DNA of 64,000 nucleotides from Hyaloraphidium curvatum SAG 235-1 (Eukaryota; Fungi; Monoblepharomycota): NCBI GenBank assembly GCA_025558095.1, contig JAIVFI010000002.1, positions 1,240,001 to 1,304,000 of the forward strand, read 5' to 3'. Shown piece by piece: positions 57,835 to 64,000 of this stretch (position 1 is its first letter; each line of letters starts with the position of its first letter). The notes under the pieces were generated by a model. It saw only the letters and a program-made list of their open reading frames with translations, ran no database searches and was not told where the DNA came from. The position numbers and the translations under genes were made by a program.

Positions 57835-59079
57835 CTAAAGCTTCGCCTTCACGTTCTCATTCTTCTCCCCGCCCGTCCTCTCGGCGCGCAGGGGCAGCAC
57901 CTCTTCGTTCCAAGGCATCCTCCTCCCCTCCCTCCCCCGCGGCGGCGGCTCGAAGCCCATCACCCACGACCTCCACGTCCTCGCCACGGGCTCACGCGGC
58001 CGGTAGAACGGGAACATGTCCGCATCCTCGAGCCCACTGGGGATGGTGCCGTCGGCGAGGAGCGGGTCGAGGCACCCGGTGTCGGCCAGGATCCCACGCA
58101 CACGCCCGCGCGCGGCGTCGGGGACCGCGGCAAGCCGCGACTGAAGCTTCTCCCTGCACCACACGCGGAACTGCACCGCCGGCAGCCCGCGGTACGGCCC
58201 CCAGTCGAACGACGCGCGGCCCTCCCGGAAGGCGAGCGCGTCGGCGCGGAGGTAGGGAAGGTACCACTCCCCCACCCGGCGAAGGAGGGGCAGCCACGTG
58301 TCGGGGATCTCGCCCGGCGGGGCGCAGGGGACGAAGGGGGTGCCCGTGGAGGAGGGGCGCGAGTTCCAGAGGCGGGCGACCCACGCGTACACCGCGGGCG
58401 CCCGGCGGCGCATGATGCCCGCGGGGGTGGGGTCGATGGAAAAGTGCCGGAACATGGGGCCGGCGAAGCCAAAGTCGGCCAGGGTGGGGTGGGTGCCGAG
58501 GAGGAAGGGGTGAACTTGGAAGTGGGCCTCGAGGGCGTCGAGGGTGTCGGTATACATGAGCTCCGTAAGCTCCTTGGCAGCGGCGTCGCGGATCCCGTCG
58601 CCTGTGACGTACTCGGAGAGCTGCCGCGTGATGACCACCCGGTGAACGAGGAAGTCGGGGATCCGCAGGTCCTGCAGGAACTCCTTCCTGAAACGCGCCG
58701 CGTTGAGCGACCGGTCGGGCTCGAACGCCCAGCGGTAGTACAGCGCCGGCCGCCACAGCGACTCGTCGGCGTAGTCCTCTAGCAGGAACGAGAAGAACGC
58801 GTGCACGGGGTCCTCCGGCACCACAGGGAGCGACACGCCAAGCTGGCCCTCCAAATACACGATGATGCTCGTCGAGTCCTGCAGCCACTTGTCCGCAAGG
58901 CGGTCGTACAGCACCGGGACCTTCATCTTGCCCGTGTTGGGGAGGATTTCGTCCACGAGCACCTTGCGCGTCGGCTGGACGAACTCGTAGGCGATGCCGC
59001 GGTACCGCAGGTAGCACTCGAGCTTGCCGGTAAAGTACGAGATGTCGTAGCCGTAGAGCGTGTAGCGAGGAGGCTCCAT
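57835..59079 (-). CDS. Glutathione S-transferase family protein, bacterial long type, intronless
   Basis: LYG..ISYFTGKL..YLRYRGI, KVPVL, DST.II..LE, LLEDYADE.LWRPALYYRW, PFLLG.HPTLADFG..GPMFRHF..DP. Confidence 0.85.
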   Translation of the reverse strand: MEPPRYTLYGYDISYFTGKLECYLRYRGIAYEFVQPTRKVLVDEILPNTGKMKVPVLYDRLADKWLQDSTSIIVYLEGQLGVSLPVVPEDPVHAFFSFLLEDYADESLWRPALYYRWAFEPDRSLNAARFRKEFLQDLRIPDFLVHRVVITRQLSEYVTGDGIRDAAAKELTELMYTDTLDALEAHFQVHPFLLGTHPTLADFGFAGPMFRHFSIDPTPAGIMRRRAPAVYAWVARLWNSRPSSTGTPFVPCAPPGEIPDTWLPLLRRVGEWYLPYLRADALAFREGRASFDWGPYRGLPAVQFRVWCREKLQSRLAAVPDAARGRVRGILADTGCLDPLLADGTIPSGLEDADMFPFYRPREPVARTWRSWVMGFEPPPRGREGRRMPWNEEVLPLRAERTGGEKNENVKAKL

Positions 59080-59535
59080 CGTCGGTCGGCGAGGGGGAGA
59101 CAAAAGGAGAGCTGAAGCGAACGCGGTCGACGCGGCCGATCAAAATCGCCTCGCCGTCTCCTGGCCCATCTGAGCGGAAACAGCTACCTCCCGAGCTAGT
59201 CTGATCGAATTTGGACCGTGTCGCTCGCCCGTGCCGGCTGGCACGACGCGGTTTCGGCGTGGAGCCGCACCGGGAAAAGTCCACCTGCTACAAGGCGCGA
59301 CGCGTCCTCTGGCGCCTCCTGGGCGTCAACTTCGAATTTTCTCGCGGACGGTGCGGTCAGGTTGCATGCGTCGCCGCGCGAGGACATGTAGTGCGCCTCG
59401 GTGCGCTGAATGCGTCTGTGCGGCCGGCGCGGAGAGCAGGCGAGCGGACCCACCCGTGCTGGACTGCATATGCCGCACGGTCAGGAAGGAGCAGGATGGG
59501 TGTTTTGGCATCGCAAGATACCCTCTCTTCCACAG

Positions 59536-60787
59536 CTACTGAGCGATGTAGCCTCCATCGACGATCACTGCCGCTCGGAGTCAGCATCTCGCACCGTCGG
59601 GGGCGGTCGCCGCCCACCTTCGCTCCCCGTCATGAACGACGACTCCTCGCTCCCCAAAAACACGACGACGTCCGCCACCTCCTCCGGCCGCCCCATGCGC
59701 CCGATCGGGTGAGAGGCGACGATCGCGGCCGCCGTCTCCCGGTCGATGCCGGGAGCATGGGGGTGTCGATGGCTCCCGGATGCACGCTGTTGCAACGTAC
59801 TGCGCAATCATTGCAGGGCATCAATGGGATGGAGTTGAAGCTGCGATCGGGGGCCCACTGTTGTAACCGCTCCCGGCGCAGTGCAGCGCGAAGCTCTTGG
59901 TCATAATGCGCGTGCCGCCTTTGGATGCCGAATCTTTGGCGAGAACAAGGCTGGTGAGCGAGCAGGACTCACCGACTGCCGACAAAGGTGACGGGACCCA
60001 CAGGCGGTGAAAGTAGAGAACCCGACGATGCCGGCGACCGAGCTGGCGGTGATGATGCTCTTTGACTCCCTGGCCTGGACGAGGTCGTGAGCGCGGGAGA
60101 TCGCCAGCGATGAGGAAACGTCACCTTGTTCTGCTTCATCGACCGCACGCCCCACTTGAGGGCGAGGAAGGTGCCGACCCTGGCGGGAGAGGCGCTTGAG
60201 CAACAGGCCAATGCGCGCGCTCAGCTGATGACACCAACAGGTTGATATCGATGGTGTGCTTGAAGTCCTCGACCGCCATGTTCTCGGGGTTGGCCTTCGT
60301 CTTGGCGATCGCTGGAAGGCGGATGTCAGTTGCGGTCGGTCGTATCAGACCGCGAGGGCCCACGCACCCGCGCAGTGGACCAGGATGTCGAGCGGCCCGA
60401 GCTGCTTGTGCACCCTGCTTAGGCTCCTTTAGCTTCGTCCCGCACGTTCCGCACGACCGGAGCACCCACTCCTCGATCACCCTCTCCCACTCGTCCTCCC
60501 TGGCCACGTCGTGCTCCAAAACCACCACCTTGGCCCCCTCAACCTCCCCCTTGATCTTTTCGGCGACCTTGAGTGCCAGCTCGGCCTGGTGCGGCAGGTC
60601 CGACACCGCCACGTGCGCGCCGGCTCGGGCAAAGGCCAGCGCGGTGGCGGCGCCGATTCCCGAGGCGCCGCCGGTGCTGCTGGCCGCCGACGTCAGCGCG
60701 GGCAAACGAGGGGAGGAGACGGGCCCACATGAGGGCGACGCGGGGACCGGTGGCGTTGACGAGCCGCTGCGAGAGGGCGGGGGGCAT
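59536..60787 (-). pseudogene. Classical SDR (hydroxysteroid-dehydrogenase-like), multi-exon, one frameshift near 59750
   Basis: [35 protein letters not shown], frame change, [31 protein letters not shown]. Confidence 0.75.
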
Positions 60788-61373
60788 GGTGCGGTGATTC
60801 GGCGGGCGATCGGGCGGTGACTCCATCCTGGAACCGTCGAACCGAAAGGGCATCCCGTTCCTGCCATCCACACGAATTTCAATACAACAAACGACATCGA
60901 CCTGCGTTCTAATCGTCGGTTGTCTGGTTGTCGACGGGTTGGTGGACGACGGGTTGCTGGACGACGAACCCCTCCACCTCCGCGAACCCGGGACCCGGCT
61001 GCCTCGACGGGGTTCTAAAGCAGCGGACCTGCGACTGCCTGGCCGACGCCCCGCCAGCGCCGTCCCCGTCCGTCGCGTACCCATCCCCGTCCAGCTCCTC
61101 ATCCCCGGGCACCCCGCCGTCGCGGACCTCGAGCTCCGCGAGAGGTGCTTTCCAGGATGGCAAGCACGGTGCCGCCCGACTTGTCAATCGGCGAGGCTTT
61201 GGGTGATGCAGAGCTGCGAGAGATTCGGCATCTCCTGCAGCGCCCTGCCCAGGTCCTCCAAATCGTCGCGACGCGGTCCCCTCGAGGTCGACCCGCAGTG
61301 CAGCGCGAGCCGGTCCCCGGGGAGCCCCACGATCCTCGTTCCGCCCCATCGTCCCCTGCGTCGACGCATCCCA

Positions 61374-62468
61374 ATGGCGACCGACCACGGCTACCTCGAC
61401 GCCTCCGCCTCCCTCTCTTCCACCTCCCTCCACCCGCCCCTCGCCGCCGTGGCCGCCGCGTCGCGCCTGTGCCGCAAGTCGCTGCACGTGCGGCTCTCCC
61501 TCCCCGCGGAGCTGCTCGCCGCGGAGGGCATCTGGGACGCACACTGCTGCCTTGCGGAAATCTACGCGCACGCGGTGGATCCGCGTAGGCCGCTCCTGCG
61601 CGCCTACGTGTGGATCGACGGGGTGTCGGCGGACCCGCTGCTCGGGGGGCCGCTGCACCGCGGGGCGGATGAGGGCGACGATCACGCGTACTTTGCTACC
61701 GACGGCACGCCCGATGGCATTGTCGACGGTGTCGACGCGTCTTCGGCCGGCCGGACCGCGGGCCGGGTTGACCTGGACGCCTGCAACGCGTCGCGCTCCG
61801 CCGCCGGCCTCGCCCCGCTCCGCCCCCTCCCCGTCCCCCCATCTCCCCCCGCCACCGTCCCCCGCACTTCCTGCCCGTGGCCGCCCTCCCTCCTCGCCGA
61901 CCCCGCCCCCGCCGTGGCGACCGGCGGCTCCTTCGACCAGCTCCACGCGGGCCACCTCCTGCTGTTGAGCACGACCCTGCTATTGGCCCGCACGAGGGCG
62001 GAGGTCGCCATCGCGGACACGGCGAGCGCGCCGGGGATGCGGGAACTGGCGGCGGCCAAGGAAGCCGCGGCGCACATCCAGCCCGCGGAAGTGCGCGCCG
62101 CCGCCGCGCTGGAGTTCGCCCTCCGCTTCCGCCCGGGCATCCCCACCGCGGTTCCCGTCTGCGTCGACATGGCGTTCGCGGCCGTGGAGGCGCGGTACTT
62201 TCTCTGCACCGCCGAATCCCGCGGCACGATCGCCAAACAGGCCCCCGAGCGGCGCGCGGCGGGGTTGGAGCCGTTCGTGGGTGTGGAGTGCCTCGTTATC
62301 GCCCCCGGGAGGGTGATGCACGGAATAGCGGACGCGGCGGAGCTGAAGGGGGGAAAGTGGGGGGCCACGGTGATTAGGAGGCACCTCGAGGCGGGGGCGG
62401 CGGGGGCGGGCAGTGGCGGCGGGGCGGGAGGGACAGAGCCGGGGGCACGTGGGGAGGCGCAGCCGTAG
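61374..62468 (+). CDS. Cytidylyltransferase-superfamily protein, phosphopantetheine adenylyltransferase (CAB4/CoaD)-like
   Basis: ATGGSFDQLHAGHLLLL (HxGH), IQP.EVR, R...GL.P, terminal K..AT.IR. Confidence 0.7.
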   Translation: MATDHGYLDASASLSSTSLHPPLAAVAAASRLCRKSLHVRLSLPAELLAAEGIWDAHCCLAEIYAHAVDPRRPLLRAYVWIDGVSADPLLGGPLHRGADEGDDHAYFATDGTPDGIVDGVDASSAGRTAGRVDLDACNASRSAAGLAPLRPLPVPPSPPATVPRTSCPWPPSLLADPAPAVATGGSFDQLHAGHLLLLSTTLLLARTRAEVAIADTASAPGMRELAAAKEAAAHIQPAEVRAAAALEFALRFRPGIPTAVPVCVDMAFAAVEARYFLCTAESRGTIAKQAPERRAAGLEPFVGVECLVIAPGRVMHGIADAAELKGGKWGATVIRRHLEAGAAGAGSGGGAGGTEPGARGEAQP

Positions 62469-62517
62469 ATCGCCGGGGTGTGTGGAGCCCCCTGGACCTC
62501 CGCGGACGGATCCGCAA

Positions 62518-63403
62518 TCACAAGACGCCTGCGGCCCCCAGTCCGAACAACGCCGCGGCAGCAGCGCCGGCCCAGCCCGCGCCGACCCTCCCTCCCGCGG
62601 CGGGCTTGCTCGACGTCGTCGTGCTGGTGGTCACCACCGCCGTGGTCGACGCCGGCGCGGCCGTTGAGGTGGCAGTCGGTCCGGCCGTCGAGGTGGCAAG
62701 AGATGCCGACGCCGTCCTCGTCGCGGTTGCCGTTCCCGCCGCAACCACCTCGCAGCCCCCCTTGGTGCTCACGGTGAACCCGCTCGTGCACTTGTCCCCG
62801 AACTCGTAGCCGCCGCCCAGCGGGATGGAGCACGCGTCGTCCTTGTACAGCGCCACGGTGCCGTTGCCCGCGCCGCCGCACGAGACCTTGCTGGAGGAGG
62901 ATCGGGGATCAGCGCGGCCGAGGGGCGAGGCGGGCGGCGGTGTTACCCGTAGTACGAGACGCCGAAGAGGAACGACAGGTCCGCGCACGAGCCCGAGCGG
63001 AGCGCGAACCCCGCCACGGCGTCGGCGCACCCGGTGTCCTTGAACGCCTGGCCGACGAGGTCTGCGCGGGCGGGGTGCGGGATCAGCCGGTGTGTGCGAT
63101 CGGGGGCGATCGTCGCGGCCCACATGCGCCCGATGTGCCCGGCGGCAGCGCGGTGCCGGGGTCGGCGGCGGAGCACGTGGCGTTGACGGAGGTGCCGCCG
63201 TCCGACGCGCAGCCGTTGGTGACGGACGAGTTGAGGAAGGTGCAGTCCGGGTACGGCTTGGGGATCACGACGAGCGCGGTCGCGTTGCCGGCGCAGCTGC
63301 CGCCCGCGAACGTGGCCGTGGAGAGGAACACCGTCGCGACGGCGGGCGCCGCGGCGAGCGCGAGGAGAAGCAGGAGAACGGCCAGGCGGGCCGCAGTTGG
63401 CAT
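62518..63403 (-). CDS. Secreted Cys-rich, Ser/Thr-stalk, probably GPI-anchored surface protein (3 exons)
   Basis: Signal peptide; repeated (F/Y)..D..C motifs; Thr/Ser/Ala stalk; hydrophobic C-terminus AAAALFGLGAAGVL. Confidence 0.75.
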
Positions 63404-64000
63404 CGGAAGTTGGCGCTGGGCGGAGGGCGCGCGGGGCGGGTTGTGGAGCGTGTGGCGGTGGCGGCAGGGGGGGGCGGGAGATCACGTCCGGGTTTACGAG
63501 CCCGGCGGAAGATCCCCTCGGGTCTGGACCACCGTCAGCGCCCCCATGGAATAGCGTTTCGCTGGGCCAATCCTTTCCCAATGGCTACCGCAGTGGTACC
63601 TTACCTACGGTGGGCGGGCCTTTTTGCGCCTCGCGAATGGGCTGGAGGTGTCCCGGTCCGGTTCAGCTATCGCGGACACGGTTTCCGAATACCGCCGTCC
63701 ACCGGACAGGGCTCCGCTGCCGAGGATCTACCACGATTCACTATCCAGGAATGCGGTCGCACTCCTGCGAGCAGCTCGGTCGACGTTGTCTGATCTTCAT
63801 GGATTTCGGTGTTCGGATCTGGGGGAGGCTCGGGACGCCGGTGACCCACGCCAAGATTCCGTGCCGGACTAAGCTCTCTGCACGACGAAGAGGGACCCTC
63901 GTCCGCAAGGCGACAGCTCGATGAGCCATTGCCGATCCGCCCTCGACGCGTGCGGCTTATGCGGCAGGGGCAGCCTGCATATCCTTCGGAGTAAGCATCC

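Noticed and set aside
60909-61370. LRR/F-box-like fragments (LEDLGRALQEMPNLSQLCI; also PPDELISCCI near 57090 and PPELLSTVALHL near 25020)
   Set aside because: Too short and degenerate to support as features by eye; may be relics of the expanded F-box family.
1-64000. Prokaryotic origin, CRISPR array or intact transposon
   Set aside because: Spliceosomal introns and fungal-specific factors occur throughout. No regularly spaced direct repeats and no transposase, RT or integrase motifs were seen.

Overview
A GC-rich, gene-dense eukaryotic window with short (~50-60 nt) GT-AG spliceosomal introns and CTRAC branch points, so most ORF-track entries are exon fragments or antisense shadows. Two Zn2Cys6 transcription factors, a CABLES-type cyclin and expanded MYND/F-box families point to an early-diverging fungus. 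A chytrid or monoblepharid such as Hyaloraphidium is my inference and is not proven. About 35 genes and relics are present. Housekeeping genes: Hsp110/SSE1, GOS1 SNARE, type II NADH dehydrogenase, 1-Cys peroxiredoxin, PPAT-like nucleotidyltransferase, CABLES. Many are stress or detox enzymes, several with bacterial-type sequences: phosphomannomutase, an SDR, GlnA4-type glutamine-synthetase-like ligase, bestrophin/YneE, DJ-1/PfpI and a GST. There is also an inverted duplicated small heat-shock gene and a decaying MYND-finger family. Most interesting: (1) a secreted protein, cut by the left edge, combining a SUEL/rhamnose-binding lectin, a beta-solenoid-like segment and a coiled coil plus hydrophobic hairpin resembling fern IPD083/PtIP-83 (Vip3-like) alpha pore-forming insecticidal proteins; (2) a three-member family of small secreted Cys-rich proteins sharing an unrecognised N-terminal domain and identical intron positions; (3) bacterial-type genes at different stages of intron gain (0, 1, 3 and 11 introns); (4) an ankyrin protein with a C-terminal F-box-like motif. 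No rRNA, tRNA, CRISPR or intact transposase was found. All family calls come from motif recognition by eye, not database searches.
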